A DNA stretch of 64,000 bases from Lama guanicoe (lineage: Eukaryota). Positions 1-13,872 of this stretch are shown one piece after another (the first letter of the stretch is position 1; the number at the start of each line of letters is the position of its first letter). The DNA lies in assembly GCA_013239625.1 (NCBI GenBank), contig MU053810.1, positions 558,001-622,000 on the forward strand. Reading direction: 5' to 3'. A program made the position numbers and the translations under genes. The notes below the pieces were generated by a model. That model was not told the origin of the DNA, did no database searches, and saw nothing but the letters and a program-made list of their open reading frames with translations.

Positions 1-2084
1 AACCAGTGGATGATTTCTTTTTGTGATTTTTGCCTCTTGTTACAACCTCAGCAAAGTGCAGGGGTTCGGGTGTGGTAATGGTTGAATCATGAGGCGCCTG
101 AGGGCAAACTCTGCAGCCTGGCTTTTGAGTGTCTCAGTTTAATTTCTTGAATCTGAACTCCCATGTAGCTCGAATCCAGCTGTTGATTCTAATACTGAAA
201 TACCCAAGTTACTAGCAGAGACCTTAGTGCTAACCCGAAGAGGAACTCTCAAGGCAGCAAGAGTTTGTGGCCTGCCAGCTAGGGTTGTTGAGTGCTTTAT
301 TTGCCTGCAGATCTTCCCGGGAAGGGTCAGGCATCCAGCTGAATCTGTGGAAACCCTTGGATATACGTTTGTAAATGTTAACATCGTCCATTACATATGG
401 GGCTTGCTTTTGGTGTTTTGGAATGGGGTGGGGAGGAAAAGGTTGAGTGAGAGCCACAGGGCTTGCCAAACTGTCCCGTGATTTCTCAACCCTTCCCCCA
501 GTTAACATCTCCGATTTGGTTCTTGTGATTCCTTCTCAGAAGGCTTTCTCTGCCTTCTTGGTCTCTAAATCCTATCTTAGTATCAAACTGCCTTTTAATA
601 GTAGCTTTTTAAAAGCCTTTACTGTTTGCCCTGCCTCCTAAGTGGATGTCATCTGTCCCTCCCTTAAAGCAGCCTAGTGTTGCACACTGTCTGCATTTGC
701 CCTTCTGGTTTTTTATTTACGTGTTCAACTACGTGGGCCCCCAGAGCTGGAATGACGCTCACTTGGCAGTTGGTTTATACTCGAACTTGTGAACTGCCCG
801 TGCTAACACAGCGAGTTGAACACTGCTGCCTGCCACTGTGAGGAATTCTAGGAATCCTGTGACATTTCCCCTCCTCGGAGTTTTTTGTGCCCTGGAAAAA
901 CCATACATCAGAGACCTTCAGTGTTCAAGCTGAATTAAGTTAAAATGGATTATGTGAATTAAAACAGAACACTCAAAAAAAAAAAAAAACCAACCAGAAC
1001 ACTCAACATTATGTACACAGGAGTTTTTTTTGTTTTTGTTTTTACATATAATGTACACCTATTAGCAGCAAAATGTAGATGACCTTAAGTTCTAGCTAAT
1101 GAAGTGGATAAAACTCATAGTAAACTTTACTTTTAAATCTCAAAATAGTGTGAAGTCAGCAGAGGCCAGCTCTGTCTGGGTAGGAATAGAGCAGGGGGCA
1201 CGGAGACCCTGGTTTCCGCAGTGCTGTCCTTGGAGTGACAGCCCCCTTGGCACCTTTTTGCTTCTTTTTCTGAAATGGTGCTAAAAAGAATCATCCTTTT
1301 CTGTTTCAGCAGTATTTTCGAGGTGCCTTCATAATCCTGAACATTTTGGGGATTACCTAGTAAACAGTATACTTCTGAAATCCCTCTTTCATCCCATTTT
1401 TGTCTCTTATACTGTGGATATGTCACTACAGAATACTCTTTCCCCCTTGGGGCTGACTGCTTTCCAGGTGATTACCCTAGAGAAGCTGGCTCTGTTGGCC
1501 ACTTCTTTTTTTTCTTCTATCTTTCTTTCGTAATTTATATCTGGAGCCCGTTTTCTGTTTTTCTAGATCTCTAACATTTTAGCTTAAACATTTAAAAGTA
1601 CAGTGTGTTTGAAACAACTCCTTATAGTTTAACATTTGCTGACCGAGGATGGATTTTTGATTCCTGGGACTGTTTTGTGCTTGAATTGAGCAACCTTGGT
1701 TCGATGAAGAGCAGTCGATGAGGAATCATCCTTCAGAAAAGTGCTTCTTCGCCCTTTTGGCTGTCAACAGTCCCTTTGGAAATCTGAGGACAGCTGTAAA
1801 GATAAAAACATAAGGGAATCTTGCAGATAATCTCAGTGCCTTAAAGCTACATGTAAATCTGAAGGAACCAGATGCCCCTTTGCTCCTAAAGATACTCACA
1901 TGGGCTTAGGAGGAGGACCTCTTTGCTCCTCTAAATTAGCTGTTACAGAGCACTTTGTCTACTGGGAATCCAGATTTAAAACTTTCACATAGGGAAAATT
2001 AGGGATCATCTAGTTCTTCCTACCTGTTCTCCTGGTGGTGCTTGTACTTTTTAAGGACTGCAGTTCCCTGCGTTTAGGAATTTT

Positions 2085-2225
2085 GGAGGGGGCGGGTATA
2101 GCTCAAGGGCTAGAGCACATGCTTAGCATGCACAAGGTTCTGGGTTCAGTCCTTGGTACCTCCTCTAAAAATAAATAACTAAGCCTAATTATCTCCGCTT
2201 TCCAAAAAATTAATTTAAAAATAAG
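2085..2225 (+). mobile_element. tRNA-derived SINE (Vic-1-like)
   Basis: gggtatagctcaag...gcttagcatgcacaaggttctgggttc...; A/B boxes and A-rich tail. Confidence 0.85.
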
Positions 2226-3913
2226 GATAAGAAGTGTGGGTATACACAGAAAACTTATTTGGGGTCAGAGAGTCACTTTAGAAGGAGATAGAAATTTGAC
2301 TTAATCCAAGCATTTTGTACTATTGTTTTGGGCAGATTATATTGTGCACTAAATGGGGTTGCTTGGTTGCCTAATTTATTTTCTCTTAAATGTCAGATCT
2401 GAAAGTTGTGGAAATTTTCCTTCTCTTGCGTATGTGTTATTAATAGAAGGGATCGAAAATCTAGATGATAAAAATCTAGATGGACAAACTTCTTTTCTCT
2501 GGGTGTAGCGCTCGCAGGTAGAGAGACAGGTATCAGCCCGTGGTTTACCTAACCTCAAAGTTTTCATCGGGGGCAGCACACTTCTTTGATTGCCTATAAT
2601 AATATAATGTAAACTATTTGTCTAATATAAACCAGTGCCACTTAAAAGTTTACCTAAAAATTACCATCTGGGATACTTTCAAAGAAATAGTTGCCTGTTT
2701 TCTTATGCTGTGTGCATATAATTATTATGCTAAATGTCTGTCTCCAAATATCCACGTTCTTTATTATTTTCATGCCTCTGTTCAGATGTCACCAAATTAA
2801 GGGCCTTTCCTGATCACTCCGTATCGATTAGCATTCATCTTCACTGAGTGCGAAGATATACAGGCTTTTTTTCCCTCTCATCCGCATTAAGAGGTTATTT
2901 TACTTTCTTTAACATATCGTCGTCTTTTTTTACCTAAGGCCTCAAGTTTTGCTTCTGTGTCAAAGTAATTCCTAGTTTTGCCCACAAAATAGTCTGCAAG
3001 CAACAATGTTCATAACGTTGTCATAACACAACAGAAATACGTGTTGCGCCTCAGGCGGACGCAGCCCCCGAGGGCAGTAGAAGCCGCAGCAGCGCAGACA
3101 GCGCAGTAACTGCTCTTGCGGCCCCGCCAGAAAACCGGGCCGCAAACCAGCCTCCTGGGCTCCGTCAGTCCTTGGGCCCAGGGAAGGGCAGTGAAGGGCT
3201 GGAATAGCCTCTGAGAAACGGAGACAAAATAACAAGGAACAGAAAATGGGGGTGAAAAGATAAGACAGAGGACCGATTCGGGCAGCCCAACAGCTAAGCA
3301 CTGCTTCCCGGAGAACAGAGAGCACGGACGGGAGGAAGTGACCCGTGAGGCAATTCAGGAAGCACAGTGCGAAGTTTCCGGGTTGAAAGGCCCCACGGGG
3401 TCCCTGCGGTAACATCGCCGTGACGGCACGCGGATAGCTGCAGGTGTCCGGAGCACGAGCCGGTCACGTGGGACCAAGACCCAGCGTGGCTTCCGTTTCG
3501 CAGCAGCATGCACACTCACTCACTCACTCGCCGGGGCTGATAAGGGACAGCAGTGGGGGGTGGGCGTGGGGCGAGGTTCACCATCTTTGCGCTCTATCCC
3601 CTCGGAAGGTTCTTGTGGAGTCAGGCTAGGCCTGGTCCGCACGGCAGGAACCTGCAGGCGTGGGTGGGGTCTCGCTGGGGAGCTCTGAGCTCTTTCCTGG
3701 GTGTCCCCAAGGCCCTTCCGCTTTGGACAGTTCTCCCAGATCTTCACGTGAGAAAAGCAGCTTTGCTGACATCAGTTTTTCCGCCATTTAAGTGCTTTGA
3801 CCAGTGACCTACAGACAGATGTTTAATTCAGAAACATGTACGTAGCCTGAACCAATCTCATTCTCTCACAGCGTGAACTTGCCCGGGGACTCCAAAGGGA
3901 AACGAGCTGGAAA

Positions 3914-3976
3914 ATGGAAAAACAGGAACCAGCAGAGTCATCTCAAAATACCAAACAGTCTATTATTTCAGAGGAG
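3914..3976 (+). CDS. NUDT5: NUDT5 ADP-sugar pyrophosphatase, first coding exon (exon 2; acceptor AG ends at 3871)
   Basis: ATG at 3914; MEKQEPAESSQNTKQSIISEE resembles the NUDT5 N-terminus; GT donor at 3977; 63 nt. Confidence 0.93.
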
Positions 3977-4511
3977 GTATGAACTGTTTCTTACTTCTCT
4001 TTCCCCACATAAAGCTGAGTTTCAAAGAAATGTATACGCTCTTTGCTGTTTCAGATGCCTGTTTTTAATGCTGCAGGACAGTTTTAAAGCCTTGTTCCTG
4101 CTCCCTTTTTAGGCCTCAGGGACCTTTTGCTCTTGTGTGGGAGCAGTCGTCTCTCTCTCTGAATTGTATGTATTAATGAAAGTGAGACTGATTTTAAAGT
4201 GGATTTTGACTGCTGTTTGAAAAAAAATTCTCAATTTTTATTAAAAGTTTCCCTGGGTAGAAGAATAAATCATTTGTGAGTTTTAGGGCTTAGGCCTAGG
4301 TAGCACATCTTGGTTAGCTGTTTATACTTTCTGTGTGTGTGTAAGAACAGTGAAAACCTAATTTTAGTAGTTGTCAGTTGTTGTCTAAATTCCAGAGCTG
4401 ATAAATGTCTTGAATGTTACCCAGTTTACCTTTTAAAAAGTCTCTTCCTACAGGAACCATTGCACTGGATAAATTTTAAATCCTTCATCTTGAAACTCTG
4501 AGGTTGATACC

Positions 4512-4667
4512 TTTTTTTTTTTTTAATATCAAAGTACACATTCGGCTTGTTTTATGCGGGGGTGGTAATTGGGTTTATTTCTATTTGGAGGAGGTACTGG
4601 GGATTGAACCTGGGACATCGGGCATGTCAAGCATGTGCTCTACGACTTAAGCTATACCCTCCCCCCA
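4512..4667 (-). mobile_element. tRNA-derived SINE (Vic-1-like) with target-site duplication
   Basis: Reverse-complement SINE body; aggttgatacc repeated at 4501 and 4670. Confidence 0.88.
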
Positions 4668-5393
4668 CAAGGTTGATACCTTTCTGGAATTCTTTTTGAT
4701 TTAAAATTCTTTCCATGTTGTCTGTGACCAGATCTGCTGATAATTATTAGGTTGCTGCTGGCGAGAAGCGAGAGAGAATAGTAAGAAAAGCCTACTTAAT
4801 TGCTTTCCGTACAGAGTGAACTTTGCTCTCAGTCAGTGTAGTGCTGTAGATTAAGTTAGTCCTGGTAACTAAAACTCCTCGGCGTCTAGGCTGAACGGTG
4901 CTGGGTGCCCCTCCGACTGTGTGGTAGACCCACGTGTTACTATGGAGAACGTGGTCATTGGCCACGGTGTCCTCGCAGTCAGCTGTGCTTTGTAGTCATG
5001 GTCAGTCACATGGCACTGAGTTCTCACGCACGGACCACAGCTCTGTGACAGGCAGCAGAGCAGAGGACAGCGTGGCAGGAGCATCCCAGAGAAGCCCTCC
5101 TGCTCTCTTCCAGGCACCTCTAGTCCTCCCCCGGCCCAAGAATTTCTCCAACTCTCATTTCTTTTCACCTCCAGTACTGTCTCCCAAACTCCAAAAAAGC
5201 AGTAGACCCACCCATCAGAAAAACAACTTTTATTACTTTGAACTGAAAACTTGCACATCAGTTTTGGGGAGGGAAACATAATAGTCACTAGGAGAGCCTC
5301 ATAGAGGAAGTTTGAAAGGAAGAAAACCTAAATAAAAACCAAAAAACAACATGGTTTAAAAGTTTCCCAATTTACTGTCTGATCTCCTTTTAG

Positions 5394-5461
5394 TTAATTT
5401 CAGAAGGAAAATGGGTCAAGCTTGAAAAAACAACTTACAGGGATCCTACTGGTAAAACAAG
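5394..5461 (+). CDS. NUDT5: NUDT5 exon 3
   Basis: tttag|LISEGKWVKLEKTTYRDPTGKT|gtaaac; 68 nt. Confidence 0.96.
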
Positions 5462-8400
5462 GTAAACTTTTTTTTTCCTTTTGTAAAATGCTTAGTGTTT
5501 GGGTTCTCAGGGTCTCTGTTGAGCGTTTGGCATAAACTGATATTTTCCTCATTGTAACTCTGACTGAAATAAAGAATCTAGTTTAGCTCTTTTAACACCA
5601 CTCTCCCAGGTAGATTAGGGTGAACCTAAGTTATTTTGGACAAGCCTAATTTAAGCTGATAAAGCAGCAGAATCATTCACGGTACAGGTTTTCCCATTTA
5701 TGAAATCAGTTTTTAATCTCTGAATTAGGATGTAAGAGAAAACACTGCTGGGCTAGGGATAAAATTGACACGCTTATACCTTGCTCATGGAAATTTAAAT
5801 TGTGGGGAAAAAATTCTGTAAGGCATTTCATACTATGTATCAACTGTCATAAAGACATATTGGGGCAGGAAGGGAGTTCCTGGGGCCAGGCCCCTGTGGT
5901 GTCTGAGACTGTGCTAAGAAAACTATCTGGAATCAGATTAATGCATGAAAAATGTTCATCAAAATTTTAAAAGACAGATAAATTGAAAGCAACCTAAACG
6001 TCTTAAAAATAGAGAAATAATGGTTGTAGGTTATAATGTATTCATTTGGTAAAATCTGTGCAGCCATCTCCAAGCAGGTCATGAAGACGTAGCAGTTTGA
6101 GAAGTTAATAAGCTGATAACAAAATAGGAAATTGTATATATGCTTTTTAAACTCTGCCAAATAATGTGCAAGAAAAGTCAAGAAGGAAAAATAGCAAAAT
6201 ATTAATGGCAGCTGTGGGATTAACCTATTTTCTTCTGTTTTCCAGCTTTTCTGCTTAGTAATTTTTGTATATTACAAATAACTATCAGGAAAAAATATGT
6301 TAAAATAGATTAAACATTTACTTAGTGAAATACGAAAAGGCAGAAAACAGAATGAGGAAATAGGAAAACATAACTAGGTTTAGTATCCAGGTTATATGAT
6401 ACGAATTCATTAACATAAAAACTGCTAAGTGATCAAGTAAGAATATAGAATTTCTTCATAAGGAGATAAATGCATTTCCCATCAGTGTGAAAGTACATGG
6501 CCAGTAATTTAAACAGTGTTTGACTATAATCTCCTGAAGTAGCAAAAGTAGTAATGAGGCCAGGTGTTGGAGAGCTCTGGGGTCCGTGAAGCTACCCATA
6601 GCACCAGCGAACCCCAGAGTCAGCTCAGTGCCTGCACCCCACGCACAGAGTGGGAGAGGGTCACGTGTGTGCAGTGCTGAGTGTGCAGAACTGGGCTGCA
6701 GACACGTGGTGAGGCCCGAGCCTTCGGGAACACAGTGTGTGCACTGGGCTTGTGCTTGTGAAAACAGAGCCAGAGCCATGACCCCGCCTTACCGTGGTGC
6801 ACTTAGGTTCTCTTCTCCCGTCAGGCTGACCTGATAACGGAGTCTAGCCCTTCGTGTTGGTCAGGTGAAGAGTATGTGTCGGTCGGCGCCCATGTGGCTC
6901 AGCACCTGCTCCTCGGCCCCCCTTCCAGTGCTTCTCCTTCCATCAGGGGTGTGCATTAGAATCACAGGAGGATTTGTTTCTAGAAACTCATGATTCTGTC
7001 TCAGCTCCGGAGAGCTGGCTTCAGTGGCTGGGGGTGGGTTCTGAGGTCTCCCGGACACCACCCAGTGTGGCCTCTTCTCCATCCGTCCATACAGAGGGCC
7101 TCCCTGTGGCCTCCAGAGAGGTCTTGTGTAAAACATCAGCATTCATACCAGAATGTCAAGCTTTGAAGAATGAATCTCAGTACTTCACAGTAGGCTATGG
7201 TTTTTACATTTATAAAATATTGCATGTACAAAACAATAAAATTGCAGTAGAGAATTCCTTTGTTCCAGCATCTTGTTTGTGGAAGAGGACATAGAGTGAT
7301 ATTAGGAGTGTGAAGATATGCTGACTGGGTGCCCCTTTATTGAGTTCAGGATAGAGCTGAACTCATCTTCTGCCACCCGGCCTGCCTCTTGCTGCAGGTT
7401 GACAAGATGAAGAAAGTAAAACAGGCTTTCCTGTAACAAAGACTAAAAAACAGGGTAACTCAGCCAGAATCAGGATTCTCAAGCTACAAGAGCCCTTGAA
7501 CACTGGCACTTCCCTGGTTCTACAGACGAGGACGCAGTCTCCAGGAGGCCGTGGCCGTGGGCTCGGCTGGTAGGCTAATGGAGATGGAGCTGTTCTGACT
7601 CCATCAAGTGGAGCTCTTGGGGGGCGTCCTTGTTCCGGTATTTCTTAGAAACACGTTTCTTCTTTGTGGCTCAGGACTGCTTGTTTACTTCAGCTTGACC
7701 ACTGGACTGATGCTCCTCTTTGCTTCCCTCCTTCCTAGCGCTCGGGATGGGCCCTTCGGTGCCCTCCCTGCACTGCCGTCTTAGTCCTTAGGACTGACCT
7801 TAGGAGGCAGCAGCGGAAGCTGGGCTGAAAGGTGCTGTGTCTCTTGCGACCTGAGTTACTGGCTGATCCGAATGGCTTGTGGGTTGGCTTCTTGCTACTA
7901 ACAGGAATGTTGGCAGCTGGCTTGTCACAGGAGCCTGTCTGATTCTCATAGGTTCACTCTGACATACTTGCCCTTTTAACTAAATAGCTGATGTTTTTTA
8001 ATAGAAGCATGGCAGAGTCCAGACCTTAAGGACGACCAGACAAAAAGGGTGAGGGCTCCTCCATGTAGAGCCGCTTCAGCACCCTCTTCCCGTCCGGAGA
8101 CTGATGTCGCATGTGGACGCCTTCCTTTCTTTCCCCAGAGTCACTCACATGTCTTCCTTCTCTGAAATCCACAGTTCTTGGCTCCTTCACCCCAACTCTT
8201 GCCGCTGCCTTTTTCTGTTTAAGGGATAAAAGAGTGAGAAGGGAATCCCCTCGTATGCCCCTCCCCCTTCAAACAGCATGATTGTTCCAGTAACTAGACT
8301 TCAGTACCATGCTGCCCTGAGACAGGCAGCTGACCAGGAGTAAAGCTGGAAGATGGGGTGGGGAGCCTGCCGCCATTACCCGACATGTTCCTCTGGGGAC

Positions 8401-8984
8401 CATTTTCCCCTGAGACAGGATGTGGGGCCTGCAAAGCAGAGCACTTACCTAAATGTAATAACTCTTCAGTTAATAAATAGGAGGGCCCTACTTTCTTAAA
8501 CTGTGTATTTGAGGTCGCAGATTTTAAAATCTGAACTGCGTAAATAACTATCTCTACGGCTCACGTTACGCGGAGCATCCTTTGGAACTTGCGTCGGGGC
8601 TTCAGTTGCGCTGACTGCTTAATGGTCTTTGAGGCCTCGGTCACCAGCTGTGCTGCTCCCTGTGGATTTATGGTCCAGACTGAAGTGATTCTAGTAAATG
8701 ACTTGAGGGCTGATTTGAAAGGCAGCTCAGTGATGAGCAGCCTTCAGCTAAGATATAGAGGCTTAGATCGGGCTGGCAGGGGTGTTCTTTGGTAGTTTTC
8801 AGAAGCTCTAGGAAAGCACGTTTGGCTTCTTCACATACAGATCTTTACTGCCTGGTGTTCTTGGCTGTTACCTTTAGCACATTTGCATGCTTTGCATTTG
8901 CAAGGTGCTGGTTATACACACAAAACCGAAGAACAGTCTCTTCAGCACTAATGGTTTTGATTTTTTTCTTGTCTGCCTGAACAG

Positions 8985-9034
8985 AACTTGGGAAAGTGTC
9001 AAACGTACAACCAGGAGAGGACAATCGGCTGATG
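8985..9034 (+). CDS. NUDT5: NUDT5 exon 4
   Basis: acag|(R)TWESVKRTTRRGQSAD|gtatga; 50 nt; phase compatible. Confidence 0.95.
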
Positions 9035-10232
9035 GTATGAATGCAAACCTGTTTTAATTCTCCAGAAAGGAAGTCCCCACTCTTCACTGCAGGAGGCCGG
9101 GTGGAGGAGGGTTTTTCACTATAACCAAAATGTCAGAGCAGAGCTGCCGTCAAGTATGATCTTTGTCTTTACCTGTGGCGCTCTGCGTTGCATCGCTGTG
9201 TAACTCGGTTAGGCTTTCTTTCTAAATCACTTCTGGCTTCTGTTCTCTAAGCTCAGAGCAGTGTTTCTGAGGGGAAGATGTAATAATACTTAAAGCCAAA
9301 CATAAATCGGTGAGATTTATGCCACATACCGTGCTAGACATGTTATACCTTCTGGAAATCCCTCGTATTCTGCTCAGGGGATCTAGGTGAGAGCCTTTAG
9401 TTTGGAAAACTTCCTTGGCACTACTTTGTGCTTACTGACCGCTTGTTTTCTAAGTTGACGAGGAAACGAATTAGGAAAAGACTGTTCATTCAGTTCACTT
9501 TCCCTTCCAGGCATGAGTTCTTTGACTGAAAGAGCCCAGAAACAGTCCTGAAAACCACCTCTGGTCTAGGCGGACTTGGGCAATAGGTCTTTGTTGTTTT
9601 TCCCATTTATTTTTCCATTTTGTTCTGTGCCCAGTTTTGACCGAAAGCAGACAGAGTAGCGGCCGCAGCCACTGTGGCTTCCTGCCAGGAAAGTGAAAGG
9701 AGCCAAGTGGCCCCTTCCTGGGCAGCTGTGTTTTCCAGAATCCAGTGCCTTTTGGTTTTGTTTTGTTTTGTTTTAAGGCCAAGTAACCTGGGAGGAAAGG
9801 CCTTTTATCCTGAAACAGTACAGTTCAGTCTAGCTAGCATATACCACAAACGGGAACTTCCTCGATCTCTTGTGGAAAGGAAGTCCGAGAGCACACAGAT
9901 CCACGTAGCTTCCCCAGCAGCCCAGTCACGGCAGCTGAGAAGTGGTCTCTGCAGACGTTAGTGTGGACTGCAGTTGTGTCCTTGGCCCTGGGCTGAATGT
10001 TTACTTCTAGTTTTGATGTGATTCTAAAGAAATTGTGACAACAAAACCAAGCTTTTTAGAAAAAGAAAAACAACTGGGAAGTGTGATGATTTGTTTCCTT
10101 GAATTTTTTTAATGAGAATAACTTCCAAAGTTAATTGCCAGTGTTGTAGTTTAAAATAGCTTCTTATTGCTAATGGCAAATATAAGACAGATTTTGGATG
10201 CAACGTTTTTTAATATACAGGATTTTGGTTAG

Positions 10233-10418
<186 letters not shown>

Positions 10419-11793
10419 TAACTCAGCCTCTTGTTTCGCAAGGACTGTGGGGCTGAGCAGGGCAGAGCCTGTGCACGGCGGCGCTTAGACATTTAACACT
10501 TCCCATCCGTCCGCCTCTCCAGGCTGCCGCCCTCCTCTTCGCAGTATTACAGCCTCTTTTGGGTCATTGCTTTTCTGTAATTTGTCAGCTTATTTCAGCT
10601 TCCGTCACTAGTGGCCTGCTTCTGACACATTTATAGTAGTAACTAGGCCCAACTCTAAACTCCAAAAACTGTGAATGGAAAAGATCCTCTGGGACGTATG
10701 TATACAGGCCAAGGAAATTGTCTTAATTGCAGCTGGAATATTTTTTCAGTTGTACAGAAAGCAGAACTGTCTAGAATTCAGTGCAGTGCATCATGACATG
10801 ACTTAATTGGGTTGTTTCCATCTGAAGAGATTGGATCTCATTTATTTATCATTAGTGGTTTCAGTTTTGTATATTTAAAGTCCATGCCATAGTATAACAT
10901 ATAAGTAATAGCCCTTTTTTGGGGGGCATTTGTGTATATGTATTTTTATTGAAGTACAGTCAGTTTACAGTGTTGTGTCAGTTTCTGGTGTACAGCACAA
11001 TGCCCCAGTCATACGTGAACATACAGATATATTCGATTTCAATAGCTTTCTTTCTCGTTTACTTGCCATTTCACTGAAGAAATGAGTAACTTTAAAAGTA
11101 ATTGAATTTGTTTCCCTGTGCTGTGCCAGAAATTGACATAACGTTGTAAACTGACTCTATACTTCAATTTTAAAAAAAACTATACACACACACACACACA
11201 CAAGTATATACAGATAGTAATTGAATAGGCTATGTTTCCCTTTTTCTACGCATTTTAAAAATTCCTTTCAGGAAAAAGAATCTGCGGTGCCACTGTCCTC
11301 CCAGGCGGCCCCTCTGCTCACCCCCTCAGAGAGCGGGTCGTTCCCGCAGGTCCCCTCGCCTTGGGTTCCCTCCTTCCCATTCTTCTCCCTCCCGGGTGAC
11401 TCCCTCGGCACAGCCCTGAGGGAGAAGGGCAGGGTAGGTGACCCCATCCCCGGCTGACATGGGGAAACGGGAACAGCCACGGGCTTCCTGGGCTGTGGTC
11501 ACAGGGCCGGTCCAGGGCCTGGGCCACCCCCAGGCCACTCACCCGCGCAGGAGGTCCATGCTGTGCAGAACCCCTGTTGCTGGGATGCTCAGAACAATCT
11601 GTGTCTCTGCACGAGGAGCAGAACCAACTACATCTGCCGGGGGATGTTCCTCTGCCTTTTACTTCCGTGTAGAAGATCAGAGCCTCGGTCAGTGCTGTGT
11701 GCACAACCCCTTTCCCGACTCGAGGCCTCCCGCTAGCTCCGCAGCCTGTGTGTCCCGGGCCGCAGCCCCGCCTCACACCCGCCACGGTTGCAG

Positions 11794-11889
11794 GTCTCCT
11801 CGAAGGCGACGAGAGCCCGGAAGCAGCCGCCCTGCGGGAGCTGGAGGAGGAGACTGGCTACAAGGGTGACGTCGCTGAATGTTCTCCAG
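11794..11889 (+). CDS. NUDT5: NUDT5 exon 6, contains the Nudix box
   Basis: (G)[31 protein letters not shown] fits GX5EX7REUXEEXGU; 96 nt; AG/GT bounded. Confidence 0.97.
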
Positions 11890-12406
11890 GTTCGTGCGGC
11901 TCTCTGGGTGTGCCCTTGGGGACAGGCTCTGGAAAATCAGCCCCCAGTAGGTGTTTCTTTGTGGTCAGGAATTCAGGTGGCTTTTATTTTCACTTGTTCA
12001 CTGAGGAGAAAGCCCGGGGGAGGACGGGTCACCTGTCAGTGAACCCCCACCACTACGGGAGCACGTCTGAGCACAAAGGGCCTGAAGTGGGAGAAGAGCT
12101 AGGAAGTTAAGTTGCCTTCCAGGTTCCCACGGCCGGAGCCTTATGACTCATCTCATCCACATGCCTCACGCCTCACTGGACAGCATTTCTCTTGGTGTGG
12201 AGAACGGCTCTGACAACATCTGACCCCCTCAGATCTACCAAACTGTACCCAGGAACCCTGGGGAAGACGGGGGGGGCTGACTGCATGGGTGCTTCGCCTC
12301 CCGACAGCGGGTGCTGGCTCTCCTGCATGACCTCTGTTACCTGAGTTACTGACCCAGTCTTCTCCCAGAGACACTTAAGTAATGAAACAGGTGCTTGTCT
12401 CCGCAG

Positions 12407-12508
12407 CCGTATGCATGGATCCGGGTTTGTCCAACTGCACCACACACATCGTGACAGTGACTATCAACGGAGATGATGCTGAAAACGTAAGGCCGAAGCC
12501 AAAGCCAG
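12407..12508 (+). CDS. NUDT5: NUDT5 exon 7
   Basis: (A)[33 protein letters not shown]|gtaagg; 102 nt. Confidence 0.97.
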
Positions 12509-13706
12509 GTAAGGGTGCGTTGGCTGCGTGTAAGGTGGGTGCACTGTTAGTAAATATCTTTTTACTTCCTACTAGTTTGATTTTTGTTGAGAGAGGGATA
12601 GTCTTTTACAGATGCTTCACTGGTACTCTTGGCTGTTTTCCTAATCTTGTGTATTTTAGTATTTTTCTCTTGGCACTTCATTGATTTTATTCTTTCTTTA
12701 TACAAAATGTTGAATTTTGTATTTCTCTCTCTTCGGTATAGAGTTTATTCTCACTTAGTAGTAAGAGCTACAAGCCTTCAAGAGTAAACAGTGGAAGTAT
12801 TCAAAATCATTCTGATTTCTGTCCCCGTCTGTACTGTAAGAATGGCAGGAATGTTATGGGACAGTTATAGGAGAGCACCTTATTAACGATTCTTTACTAT
12901 GTTCCATACTTAGTGAAGCTTTTAGGAATTCTTTGTATGTCTTTGCAAGTTTGGTTGTAGCAGCTTTAGTGCCTCTCAGGCTGCAACAACCCTAGACTGG
13001 ATTCAGAACATCTGTTAACTGTTTGATTCCATTCTGAATTCTCTGCATTCTTCCTATTGGAGGGTCGACAACTCTTACAGGTATAAGCTGACACCGAGTA
13101 AGATTCTGCACAGTTCTCACGAGTCCCTGAGCTCTACAGTCTTAGTTCTAAGTCACCTTCATAATGAGGTGACCTTGCACTGTGTTATTTAAGTCATGGA
13201 GGAGACCAAGGTGACTCCATTAAAAACTCCACACCTGTGAGTGGGAAAAGATACAAAAGAAAAAAAAAATCACAGTGTAATATGAGGAGGGCTGTACCAA
13301 GTGCTACCAGAATTCTGAAGAAAGAGGAACCATGCCTGAGAGCCTGCCATAAAGAAGTCATAGCAGACACACCTGCCCCAAGTAATGCGGCTGTCAGAAA
13401 AGCCACTGAAACCCACTAAATTGATAAATCTGTCAATCCGTACATCAACTAATCAATAAATTGAGTAAAATTCTCCCCCAAAATAAAATACATATATACA
13501 TGCTTTAAATTTGGTGATTAAACTTTTGATTAGGAGAACAGTAACTTTATAGTGTTGGAATTTTTTTTACCATGAATATAAATGTAATTGGTAGAGCCCC
13601 AGGTTTCTGTTAAACTCGTATGGCCTTTTTGATGTCTTGCATAGAAGTTTCCAGGGGGTGTTGCCACTCCGGGCCTTGCTGAAATGTTCTTCTGTTTTAT
13701 TTTCAG

Positions 13707-13715
13707 CAGAAGGAG
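13707..13715 (+). CDS. NUDT5: NUDT5 exon 8, 9-nt microexon
   Basis: ttctgttttattttcag|CAGAAGGAG|gtatgt gives A-E-G-E where human has G-D-G-E, and brings the CDS to 660 nt. Confidence 0.85.
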
Positions 13716-13818
13716 GTATGTTGTCCGCCTCTGGTGCAGTGGGAGTGGCCGCAGGCATTGTGAGTTGCTCTGGGGGCTCGCCCATCGTTCAGCTTTGTTT
13801 TTCTTGGACTTTGTTTAG

Positions 13819-13872
13819 AATTTGTGGAGGTAATTTCCTTACCAAAGAACGACCTGCTGAAGAGGCTTGATG
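13819..13872 (+). CDS. NUDT5: NUDT5 exon 9
   Basis: tttag|(E)FVEVISLPKNDLLKRLD|gtaagc; 54 nt. Confidence 0.96.

Noticed and set aside
1..510. Possible old solo LTR
   Set aside because: Only vague terminal and poly(A)-like cues; family and limits cannot be supported without RepeatMasker
1695..1720. tcgatgaaga resembles a 5.8S rRNA motif
   Set aside because: Only about 10 nt match and the flanks do not follow 5.8S
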